A stretch of 43,564 nucleotides of DNA from Candidatus Levybacteria bacterium RIFCSPHIGHO2_01_FULL_37_33 (lineage in GTDB: Bacteria > Patescibacteriota > Microgenomatia > Levybacterales > UBA12049). Location of the stretch: the NCBI GenBank assembly GCA_001782085.1, contig MFNM01000022.1, positions 1 to 43,564 of the forward strand, written 5' to 3'. The notes under the pieces are model-generated. The model searched no databases, had not been told where the DNA came from, and saw only the letters and a program-made list of their open reading frames with translations. The position numbers and the translations under genes are program-made. Positions 15,935 to 23,585 of the stretch are shown here, in pieces; position 1 is the first letter of the stretch; each line of letters starts with the position of its first letter.

Positions 15935-16046
15935 TCTCGACAGCATAATGGTTCAATCGCAAATCGCTATTGCGCTTATTATTATTGCTTTTGCAGTTTT
16001 GTATTTTGTGTCTTCCAGGAAGGGTCACCGCTCCAAACGCCCTTAA
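15924..16046 (+). CDS. Very small membrane protein (40 aa; not in the ORF track)
   Basis: MNLNLDSIMVQSQIAIALIIIAFAVLYFVSSRKGHRSKRP: one TM helix plus a basic tail. Overlaps the previous stop by 11 nt. Confidence 0.4.
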   Translation: MNLNLDSIMVQSQIAIALIIIAFAVLYFVSSRKGHRSKRP

Positions 16047-16053
16047 AATTTTC

Positions 16054-16082
16054 TTGAAATTTTAACTCATTAATGTTATAAT
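16054..16082 (+). promoter_or_regulatory. Near-consensus sigma-70 promoter
   Basis: TTGAAA (16054-16059), 17-nt spacer, TGtTATAAT with the -10 at 16077-16082. Confidence 0.65.
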
Positions 16083-16091
16083 GGTTAAATC

Positions 16092-16136
16092 ATGAACCAG
16101 CAAATGAAATCTTACTGGTACTATTTAACAAACTAA
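16092..16136 (+). CDS. Candidate 14-codon leader peptide MNQQMKSYWYYLTN
   Basis: ATG lies 9 nt after the -10 box. The aromatic run Y-W-Y-Y is followed by antiterminator/terminator alternatives. Confidence 0.35.
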   Translation: MNQQMKSYWYYLTN

Positions 16137-16178
16137 CTTCGGTTGGTGAGTTTGTAGTGCTCAGATTTCATAATAAGG

Positions 16179-16202
16179 CTCGCCAATCGGCGAGTTTTTT
16201 TT
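16179..16202 (+). terminator. Intrinsic terminator (attenuator candidate)
   Basis: CTCGCC-AATC-GGCGAG followed by 8 T, ending 10 nt before the racemase ATG. Confidence 0.7.
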
Positions 16203-16212
16203 GTGGAAAAAT

Positions 16213-16911
16213 ATGAAAAAATTAAATAAAAATTCAATCGGAATTATCGGTGGAATGGGACCACAGGCTTCGGCAAGAATGCTAGAGATTATGATTTCTA
16301 TGGCATCTTTAGAGTTTAATGCTATAAATGGTGATGATTTCCCCGAGATAATAGTAGATTCGATACCAATCCCAGATTTTATTTCTGATAAAAAGAACAT
16401 CAAGCCCGCTTTTAAAATGCTTAGCGATAGAGTTAAAAAACTAAATTTGCTTGGCATATCTCGTTTCGCCATTGCTTGTAACACCGCACATATATTCATA
16501 AATGATCTTAGTCAAGTCTCAGATTCTCCTTTTATCTCGATGATAGATAAAGTTGCAAAAGAAGTTTTAAAACGAAAAATTAAAAGAATTGGATTGCTAG
16601 CATCCCCCTCAACAATAAAATTTAATTTATATCAAAAAGCTTTGAAAGGAAAAGTTGAGACAATTTTACCTTCAGATAAAGAAATAGATTTATTAGAGAA
16701 TGTAATTAGGAATATAATATCCGGCAAAAACTCCTCTCTTGATACAAAAAGATTGTTAAGTATCGCTAAATCTCTAGAAAGAAGAGGAGCAGAGGGAATT
16801 ATTTTGGGTTGTACTGAGTTGCCATTGATTTTTCCTAAAGATTTCATTTTGCCTGTTTTCGATTCGCTCGAAATATTATCAAGATCATTATTGCGCAAGG
16901 TTTATGAATGA
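16213..16911 (+). CDS. Aspartate/glutamate-family racemase (aspartate racemase-like)
   Basis: IGIIGGMGPQAS, ACNTAH and GCTELP motifs. ATG at 16213 preferred over the track TTG at 16201, which lies inside the terminator T-tract. Confidence 0.85.
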   Translation: MKKLNKNSIGIIGGMGPQASARMLEIMISMASLEFNAINGDDFPEIIVDSIPIPDFISDKKNIKPAFKMLSDRVKKLNLLGISRFAIACNTAHIFINDLSQVSDSPFISMIDKVAKEVLKRKIKRIGLLASPSTIKFNLYQKALKGKVETILPSDKEIDLLENVIRNIISGKNSSLDTKRLLSIAKSLERRGAEGIILGCTELPLIFPKDFILPVFDSLEILSRSLLRKVYE

Positions 16912-17092
16912 AATACAATTAGCACATATGAAAAAAAGAGTACTTTCGGGTATTCGGACCAAGAAGGCGGAGCCGTTTTATTTTGACGATTGTTATGTTT
17001 GTCAAGCAACGAAAAAAGCGGAGAAGGAGGGAAAGGATTTAAGTGTGGAGGAGTTGACAGAGATTTTTCGAAAGGCAAATGAGCAGAACTAA
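16904..17092 (+). CDS. Small chimeric ORF whose residues 9-18 duplicate the TrpS N-terminus
   Basis: MKKRVLSGIR (from 16928) is identical to the first 10 aa of TrpS at 17290, with synonymous differences. The remainder (FYFDDCYVCQ...) is unrelated. Confidence 0.3.
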   Translation: MNEIQLAHMKKRVLSGIRTKKAEPFYFDDCYVCQATKKAEKEGKDLSVEELTEIFRKANEQN

Positions 17093-17219
17093 GAGAATTA
17101 AGACTTATGCGTTTGTAGATGCGTCGAACATCATTTATGGCGCGCGAGCGGAAGGATGGCGAATTGATTTTGGGAGCTTACGAGATTTGATAGAGTACAA
17201 AAAAAGAGGGAGACCCTAA
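17079..17219 (+). pseudogene. Truncated NYN/LabA-like nuclease gene (N-terminal 46 codons only)
   Basis: MSRTKRIKTYAFVDASNIIYGARAEGWRIDFGSLRDLI matches the start of NYN-domain proteins (vavFvDgsNlyy...gwkiDy.kL), then stops. Confidence 0.5.
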
Positions 17220-17289
17220 ATTAGAATCTTCCCTCAGTGTTATGAAATAATTATAACAGCGGCTTGTTATCTTGTCAACAGGGAAATAT

Positions 17290-18261
17290 ATGAAAAAAAG
17301 AGTTTTATCTGGAATTAGGGCGACGGGGAGATTACACCTTGGAAATTATTTAGGTGCTGTGAAGGGCATGCTTGAGCTTCAGGATAATCCGGAATATGAA
17401 ACTTTTTATATGGTTGCCGATGTTCATACAATCACAACGCCTTACAATATCGAAGATCTTAGAAAAAACAGGCGGGAAGTAATTATTGATTATCTTTCTT
17501 TAGGATTAGATCCTGAAAAGTCCACTATATTTCAGCAATCGGAAGTTCCGGAGCATATAGAACTTGCTTTTTATTTTTCATCAGTCGTTACAATTGCCAA
17601 GATGCAGCATCTTCCGACTTTTAAAGAAAAAGTAAAACAATATCCACACAATTCCACAATGGCGCTTTTGAATTACCCGATTTTAATGGCGGCTGACATC
17701 TTGATTTATAAAGCAGAATTAGTTCCGGTTGGAATAGACCAGGAGCCACATTTGGAAGTTGCAAGAGAGATTGCGCGGCGTTTTAATCAAGACTTTAGCA
17801 CTGACTTTCCGCAACCCCAAAGATTTAAAACTGAAGGAGAATATATACCATCGTTAACTGGAGAGGGGAAGATGAGTAAGTCTGTCGAAGGTTCATATAT
17901 CAATTTAACGGACAGTTTAGAAACAATCAGAAAAAAAATTCGCGCCGTTCCTACGTCTAGTACTTCGGGAGGAGAGAAGACAGAAGGTGTTAAAACTCTT
18001 TTCACTTTGCTTGCCTTATTTTCACCAAAATCTCACGAGGATTTTGAGCGAAAGTATGAAAAAGGAAATCTTCAGTATTTAGAACTTAAAGATTTTATTT
18101 CAGAAATTATTTTTAGAGAACTTGAGCCAATTCAAAAGAAAAGAAAAGAGCTTGAGCCAAATAAAGAGTATATCGATAGCGTAATCAAAGAAGGTAATGA
18201 AAAGGCAAGGGAAGCTGCACGGGAGACAGTAAGGGAAGTTAAGGATAAAATGGGTCTTTAA
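17290..18261 (+). CDS. trpS: Tryptophan--tRNA ligase
   Basis: Class I aaRS: HLGNY (HIGH variant), KMSKS present, TrpRS-like size. ATG at 17290 is in frame with the track start. Confidence 0.9.
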   Translation: MKKRVLSGIRATGRLHLGNYLGAVKGMLELQDNPEYETFYMVADVHTITTPYNIEDLRKNRREVIIDYLSLGLDPEKSTIFQQSEVPEHIELAFYFSSVVTIAKMQHLPTFKEKVKQYPHNSTMALLNYPILMAADILIYKAELVPVGIDQEPHLEVAREIARRFNQDFSTDFPQPQRFKTEGEYIPSLTGEGKMSKSVEGSYINLTDSLETIRKKIRAVPTSSTSGGEKTEGVKTLFTLLALFSPKSHEDFERKYEKGNLQYLELKDFISEIIFRELEPIQKKRKELEPNKEYIDSVIKEGNEKAREAARETVREVKDKMGL

Positions 18262-18301
18262 AACTAGCTTCATTTTAGGATTGGCAAACAGCTTTTGGAT
18301 G

Positions 18302-18310
18302 TGGTATACT
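18302..18310 (+). promoter_or_regulatory. Extended -10 promoter element TGgTATACT upstream of ftsH
   Basis: Lies 7 nt upstream of ATG 18318, with no Shine-Dalgarno between. Confidence 0.5.
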
Positions 18311-18317
18311 CTTGCGG

Positions 18318-20186
18318 ATGGCAAACGGTAAAAAAAACAGTAAAAAACAAAAAATCTTCAAGGTAAAACTAAATACTTCCTGGAAAAATCTTTTTCTCTA
18401 CGGATTTTTAGCAGTTATTGCAGGATTTCTTTTTTTAAGCGCAACTGCGCCTTTGGAACAGATAAGCACAGTGCCTCTTTCTCAGGTAATTTCCGATGTA
18501 AAACAAGGAAAAGTTAAAGAAATTTCGATAGTCGATAATAAATTAACAGTTAAAGAAAAAGATAAGACGGTTCAGGCTTTTAAAGAACCCGGAGCAAATG
18601 TTTATCAGCTCTTCAAAGACGCAGGCGCATCTTTGGAAAAAACAAAGGTTTTGGTAAAAGATGAGACAGGTCTAAACGCCTGGGTAAATATTCTCTCATC
18701 TGTTCTGCCAATAATACTAATGGTCGCATTTTTCTACTTTATCTTCAGACAAGCACGGGGGGCGCAGGAAAATATTTTTTCTTTTGGACAATCAAAAGCA
18801 AAGTTATTTTCAAAAGATACTCCGAGAATAAGATTCTCCGACGTTGCAGGAGTCGATGAAGCAAAACAGGAGCTTACAGAAATTGTGGACTTTCTTAAAA
18901 ATCCCGGAAAATATAAAGCTATGGGTGCCCGAACTCCAAAGGGCGTTCTAATGGTTGGTCCATCTGGAACAGGGAAAACTCTTCTTGCCCGGGCGACTGC
19001 GGGAGAAGCGAATGTCCCGTTTTTTTCTATGGCAGGATCGGAATTTATGGAGATGCTTGTTGGAGTCGGAGCATCCCGTGTCCGTGATTTATTTAATACT
19101 GCCAAAAAAGCACAACCTGCAATAATTTTTATCGACGAGGTAGATGCAATTGGAAGACAAAGAGGTGTGGGGATAATGGGAGGACATGATGAAAGAGAGC
19201 AGACCTTAAATCAAATATTGGTAGAGATGGACGGATTTGCCCCGACAGAACAACTGGTGGTTATTGCCGCAACAAATAGGCCCGATGTTCTGGATCCTGC
19301 ATTGATTAGACCCGGAAGATTTGACAGAAGAGTTATGCTCGATATGCCTGATGTTGTCGGGAGAAAGGCGATTCTTTCGATTCATGCGCGGGGAAAACCA
19401 TTTGAAAAAAATGTAAATTGGGAAAGGGTCGCAAAAAGAACAGTAGGATTTTCAGGCGCCGATATCGAAAACATGTTAAATGAAGCGGCAATTTTAGCGG
19501 CCCGGCTTGAGAAAAAAGCAATAGATATGAGCGATTTGGAAGAAGCCGCAACAAAAGTGAAACTGGGACCTGAGAAAAAAAGACTTCAAACAGATGAAGA
19601 TCGAAAAATGACAGCATATCATGAGGCAGGACATGCATTGGTTTCTTGGGAAATGCCGCACATGGATCCGGTTCACAGAATCTCAATCGTTTCGCGGGGG
19701 CTTTCTTTAGGACACACCATGATGGAGCCGACAGAGCATGTTCATGAAACAAAAACAAGATTGGTTGAACAGATTAGTGTAATGCTTGGGGGGCGGGCGG
19801 CAGAGAATTTGGTCTTTTCGGAAATGACAACAGGAGCAGCGGATGATATTGCAAAAGCAACAGAAGTGGCAAGAACAATGGTTGTTGAATTTGGAATGAG
19901 CGACTTAGGCCCAATAAACTTAGACGGAGAAAGAAAAAGATATTTTGAACAGTCTACGGTATCGCAGGAAATGGCGGCAAAAATTGATGAGCAAGTTAAA
20001 AGAATAACAGATGCGGCTTATAAAAGAGCCGCTTCAATCTTGATCAAGCTTAGAAAAAAACTTGATCTTCTGGCAAGTGAACTTCTTAAAAAGGAAACAA
20101 TTGAGTCGGAGGAGTTTTTCAGGCTCATTGGTCCCAAAAAAATGATTAAAAGTCATGGTTTTGCCCTCGTCCCCGCAAAAGCCTAA
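18318..20186 (+). CDS. ftsH: ATP-dependent zinc metalloprotease FtsH
   Basis: Two N-terminal TM helices, AAA+ Walker A GPSGTGKT, second region of homology, and HEAGHAL zinc motif. Confidence 0.95.
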   Translation: MANGKKNSKKQKIFKVKLNTSWKNLFLYGFLAVIAGFLFLSATAPLEQISTVPLSQVISDVKQGKVKEISIVDNKLTVKEKDKTVQAFKEPGANVYQLFKDAGASLEKTKVLVKDETGLNAWVNILSSVLPIILMVAFFYFIFRQARGAQENIFSFGQSKAKLFSKDTPRIRFSDVAGVDEAKQELTEIVDFLKNPGKYKAMGARTPKGVLMVGPSGTGKTLLARATAGEANVPFFSMAGSEFMEMLVGVGASRVRDLFNTAKKAQPAIIFIDEVDAIGRQRGVGIMGGHDEREQTLNQILVEMDGFAPTEQLVVIAATNRPDVLDPALIRPGRFDRRVMLDMPDVVGRKAILSIHARGKPFEKNVNWERVAKRTVGFSGADIENMLNEAAILAARLEKKAIDMSDLEEAATKVKLGPEKKRLQTDEDRKMTAYHEAGHALVSWEMPHMDPVHRISIVSRGLSLGHTMMEPTEHVHETKTRLVEQISVMLGGRAAENLVFSEMTTGAADDIAKATEVARTMVVEFGMSDLGPINLDGERKRYFEQSTVSQEMAAKIDEQVKRITDAAYKRAASILIKLRKKLDLLASELLKKETIESEEFFRLIGPKKMIKSHGFALVPAKA

Positions 20187-20222
20187 TTGACATTGCCTCT
20201 ATTTTCCTGAAATACTTGATAG

Positions 20223-20858
20223 ATGAGAAAAGACCACAAATTTTCAAAAAGCGAGGCGATAAAATTTGGATTGACTATTACAAAAAGAGAACTAAAGTTT
20301 TTTATTGGCATTTTTGTAATATTTATTTTAGTAAATTTTGCATTTAACATATTAGCCAAAGATATTTCCCAAAGCTTCCCATTTTATTTTTCTATTATCG
20401 TAACAATTGCCCTTTCTTTAGTAGGAACAATTCTTCAAATGGGTCTTATTAAAATTTCTCTGAATTTTCTTGATAATAAAAAAAGTCAACATATTGACCT
20501 TTTTACGACTCATCGGCCAGTTTTTAAGTTCTTAACCGCCTCAATTTTATACGGTCTTATTGTTTTTGCAGGTTTTATTCTTCTTGTAATCCCCGGAATT
20601 ATTTGGGCAATTAAATTTCAATTCTATAGTTACTTAATTGTCGATAAGGAAATGGGGCCAATTGAAGCTTTGAAAAAAAGTTCTCAAATTACAAAAGGCG
20701 TAAAATTGGATCTTCTTGTTTTTTCATTCTTACTTACAGGAATAAATATTTTAGGAGTTTTGGCTTTTGGAATCGGACTTATTTTAACTATTCCAACAAC
20801 CATTATTGCAACAGCTTTTGTCTACCGCAAACTCCTCTCCAAAACCTCCGGAGTTTAG
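20223..20858 (+). CDS. Polytopic membrane protein (DUF975-like)
   Basis: 211 aa with about 5 hydrophobic helices. A promoter TTGACA-18-AATACT ends 6 nt before the ATG. Confidence 0.55.
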   Translation: MRKDHKFSKSEAIKFGLTITKRELKFFIGIFVIFILVNFAFNILAKDISQSFPFYFSIIVTIALSLVGTILQMGLIKISLNFLDNKKSQHIDLFTTHRPVFKFLTASILYGLIVFAGFILLVIPGIIWAIKFQFYSYLIVDKEMGPIEALKKSSQITKGVKLDLLVFSFLLTGINILGVLAFGIGLILTIPTTIIATAFVYRKLLSKTSGV

Positions 20859-20880
20859 TTTTGCTATAATCCTTATTCAT

Positions 20881-21648
20881 ATGTCTGCTGAGCAATTCAG
20901 GTCGAGCGGAGATCTTTTTCAAGCAATAAAAGAATCAGCTGGTTTGGGCAGAAAAAGATCTTACCTTGATGATTCAAAAAAACTTCTTGAACTTAAAAAA
21001 GCTGAATGGGAAAACCATTATTTACAAGATTGTATACCTGATTTGCCTACTTTAATAGTTGCTAATCATTATTCAAGAACACCTCTTATGCGGATAGGGG
21101 ATAGCTTTATGACTACAAATGATTCACTTGTTTTGTCAGCAGTTATAACCCAAGGTATTCCAAAACTGAGCCCAAGGAGGACAACTTGGCTTACAAAAGG
21201 AAATTTAAGCGGCCCACTATCCAGATTCTCAGGTGCAAGAAAAGCTCAGGAAGCAGCCATTGCTTGTTATGATTTAATAGATGTTGATAATAAATCTTCT
21301 AGAGAAATCTATGAGAGCCTCCAAGAGGCAATATCTGAAGGACTAAATATTGGAATTTACCCACAGGGAAGAATCGGAAGAGTACTTAAAAAACCTCGCA
21401 GAGGAATTATAGGTTTTAGAGAGAAGACAGAGTTTACTGGTTTTAGAGCAGTTATTTCTCTTCTTTCAAGAACCGGGTTGCCGTTTCAAATTATGCCAGT
21501 TAGTGTTTTTCAGCAGAGCGGTAAGTATCAGGCAATTTTTGGAGAGGTCCTTATACCTGCGGGAAAAGCAAAAGATTTGACGGAGGAAGCAATGAGAAGA
21601 ATAGCATTATCACTTCCGCGAAAATTACAAGGTGATTACAGGAAATAA
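20881..21648 (+). CDS. PlsC-like acyltransferase with degenerate motif I
   Basis: VANHYSRTPLMRIGD (an NHxxxxD-like motif with longer spacing) and IYPQGRIG (FPEGtR-like). Start placed at the ATG 10 nt after TGcTATAAT rather than the overlapping track start 20806. Confidence 0.5.
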   Translation: MSAEQFRSSGDLFQAIKESAGLGRKRSYLDDSKKLLELKKAEWENHYLQDCIPDLPTLIVANHYSRTPLMRIGDSFMTTNDSLVLSAVITQGIPKLSPRRTTWLTKGNLSGPLSRFSGARKAQEAAIACYDLIDVDNKSSREIYESLQEAISEGLNIGIYPQGRIGRVLKKPRRGIIGFREKTEFTGFRAVISLLSRTGLPFQIMPVSVFQQSGKYQAIFGEVLIPAGKAKDLTEEAMRRIALSLPRKLQGDYRK

Positions 21649-21977
21649 TTGTAACTCTTTTGGGCATTGTTCTCCCGTCTTGCATCAAGTTAATTTCCTC
21701 CTGAAACGAAAATTGTATTGTTAATTGAACCAAACTTGAGTATTCGACGAAAAGCCAAATTTTGGACTTGAAGTAATTTTGTATTAGGCAACGATTCCTG
21801 GCTTTAAAATGGTCAATTTTTGACAAGATTTACCTTTTTCTAAAGAGGTTTACGGATTAAGACAATGGAGATGCTCAAGAGGATATTAAAATGATTCAAC
21901 AAAACAATTTCGAGAGGATTTTACGTGAGGCAAATCGTCTCCTTTCTTTTTTGAGCGTTTGATGATATAATTTTTAC

Positions 21978-22322
21978 ATGAATAAGCTCGTGCCTTTTGG
22001 AAAATTTGTAAAAATACCTACTAAGCTTTCCTTTTTATCTTCAACATCAGTTGTTGTAGGCAAAAAAGGAACTCCTTTGGGATTTGTATTCGGCCGTGAC
22101 TCATTTATTTCTTTTCTAGAGCACATAGATGGCGAATTTGAAAAAACTGCCAAACGCAAAGAGCTTGCTTTTCATAATCCAGCAGGAAAACTTATAGATC
22201 TTATAGAAGATAGATTGCCTCTTAATCCAAGATTTGTTGAGGATTTGAAACAATCCTTGCATAATGCCGAAAAATCCGGATGGATTCCTTTTGAAGACAT
22301 CAAAAAATCCCTGAATGTTTAA
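21978..22322 (+). CDS. Putative antitoxin of a RelE/ParE module
   Basis: 114-aa ORF overlapping the toxin start by 8 nt. ATG lies 6 nt after TGaTATAAT. Confidence 0.55.
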   Translation: MNKLVPFGKFVKIPTKLSFLSSTSVVVGKKGTPLGFVFGRDSFISFLEHIDGEFEKTAKRKELAFHNPAGKLIDLIEDRLPLNPRFVEDLKQSLHNAEKSGWIPFEDIKKSLNV

Positions 22323-22578
22323 GGTCAAATTTACTCCTGCCGGCACGAAGGATTTAAAAAAGCTTCCCAAAGATTTGCAGAGAAGAGTAATTAGAAAGAT
22401 AGATTTTTTTTCTAAGGTAGAAAATCCTATTTTGCTTTCAAAGCCGCTTGTAAATCTTCCTCCATCCACTCATAGATTCCGAGTTGGAGATTATCGCGTT
22501 GCTTTTTTTATCAAAGAAGGTGTAATCTACATTGATCGCATAGGTCACAGAAGAGAAGTGTATCTGCGTAATTTTTAA
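22315..22578 (+). CDS. RelE/ParE-family type II toxin
   Basis: 87 aa. F..A.KDLKKLPKDLQRRV..KI...NP......L......HRFRVGDYRVAFFI......YIDRIGHRREVY is the RelE/ParE pattern. Confidence 0.8.
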   Translation: MFKVKFTPAGTKDLKKLPKDLQRRVIRKIDFFSKVENPILLSKPLVNLPPSTHRFRVGDYRVAFFIKEGVIYIDRIGHRREVYLRNF

Positions 22579-22590
22579 AAGAGATATATT

Positions 22591-23514
22591 ATGGAGAAAT
22601 TTGTACTGATAGATGGTAACGCAATAGTACACCGAGCTTATCATGTAATGCCTCCACTAACTCGCTCAGACGGTACCCCAACCGGCGCTGTTGCGGGATT
22701 TTTTTCTATGATTCTTAAAATAATTGCGGAACTTAAACCAGACCATATTGCAATTGCTTTTGACAGCCCAAGCCCAAACTTCAGAAAAGAATTTTTTGCG
22801 CAATATCAATCGCAGCGCCCTGCAATGGAAAGCGATCTTTCCCCGCAGTTTGGAATAATTCAAGGGATTTTGGAAAAGGCAAAAATATCTGCGTATGCTG
22901 TCGACGGACTTGAAGCAGACGATATTATAGGAACAATCGCAGAGAAAGCCAAGAAAACCGGACATCTGGTTTACATTCTAACCGGCGATCGGGATATGCT
23001 TCAGCTGGTAAATCACAAAACAAAAGTTTTAGCCCCAGTTAAAGGAATTTCGGAGATGGTGCTTTTCGATGAAAAGAAAGTTAAAGAAAAATACGGCATA
23101 TCTTCTTCTCAGTTCGTAGAACTTAAGGCTTTGATGGGGGATAATTCTGATAATTATTCTGGAGTTTCAGGGATCGGACCTAAGACCGCTTCAAATTTAA
23201 TCAATGCATTCGGATCCGTTGATAATATTTACAAAAATATCTCAAAAATAAAAACTAAAAACCCAAAACTTGCGCAAAAACTTGAAGCGGGTAAAAATAA
23301 CGCGAAACTCGCCCATCAGCTTGCAACAATCTTAACAGACGCCCCGTTTGAATATGATTTTTCCGACTGTGATATGAAAAACTTGGATATTCCGGAATTC
23401 AAAAAAGCTCTTGAAGCTTATGATTTTAAAACACTTCCGAAACGGCTTGATGACATTTTTCAAAAGAGCGGAAAAATAGAGAAAATTGTGAAGACACAGA
23501 TGAAACTTTTATGA
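22591..23514 (+). CDS. 5'-3' exonuclease (stand-alone Pol I N-terminal/FEN domain)
   Basis: LIDGNAIVHRAYH, GDRDMLQL and the H3TH motif GVSGIGPKTA. Confidence 0.9.
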   Translation: MEKFVLIDGNAIVHRAYHVMPPLTRSDGTPTGAVAGFFSMILKIIAELKPDHIAIAFDSPSPNFRKEFFAQYQSQRPAMESDLSPQFGIIQGILEKAKISAYAVDGLEADDIIGTIAEKAKKTGHLVYILTGDRDMLQLVNHKTKVLAPVKGISEMVLFDEKKVKEKYGISSSQFVELKALMGDNSDNYSGVSGIGPKTASNLINAFGSVDNIYKNISKIKTKNPKLAQKLEAGKNNAKLAHQLATILTDAPFEYDFSDCDMKNLDIPEFKKALEAYDFKTLPKRLDDIFQKSGKIEKIVKTQMKLL

Positions 23515-23515
23515 A

Positions 23516-23585
23516 ATTGTTCCATTGCTCTATTGCTGCATTGTTCTTTTTAAAACAATTTAACAATGAAACAATCTAACAATTT
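23516..23585 (+). repeat. Inverted array of 8-nt units (ATTGYTnn x4 / AACAATnn x4) spanning the glycosyltransferase start
   Basis: ATTGTT at 23516, ATTGCT at 23524 and 23532, ATTGTT at 23540, loop, then AACAAT at 23554, 23562, 23570 and 23578. ATG 23566 lies inside a unit. Confidence 0.8.

Noticed and set aside
18734-19758. Antisense ORFs inside ftsH (18734-19105, 19333-19758, 19494-19676)
   Set aside because: They lie opposite a strongly conserved AAA+/metalloprotease coding frame. Such ORFs are typical shadow frames with no start signals.
20806-20880. Long 5' extension of the acyltransferase-like ORF overlapping the preceding membrane gene by 53 nt (possible frameshift or fusion)
   Set aside because: An in-frame ATG at 20881, preceded by TGcTATAAT, gives a non-overlapping gene. 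There is no slippery sequence or evidence for programmed frameshifting.
21551-21826. 91-aa minus-strand ORF in the 330-nt gap before the toxin-antitoxin pair
   Set aside because: It overlaps the 3' end of the acyltransferase-like gene and has no recognisable start context. The gap is more likely regulatory or decayed DNA.
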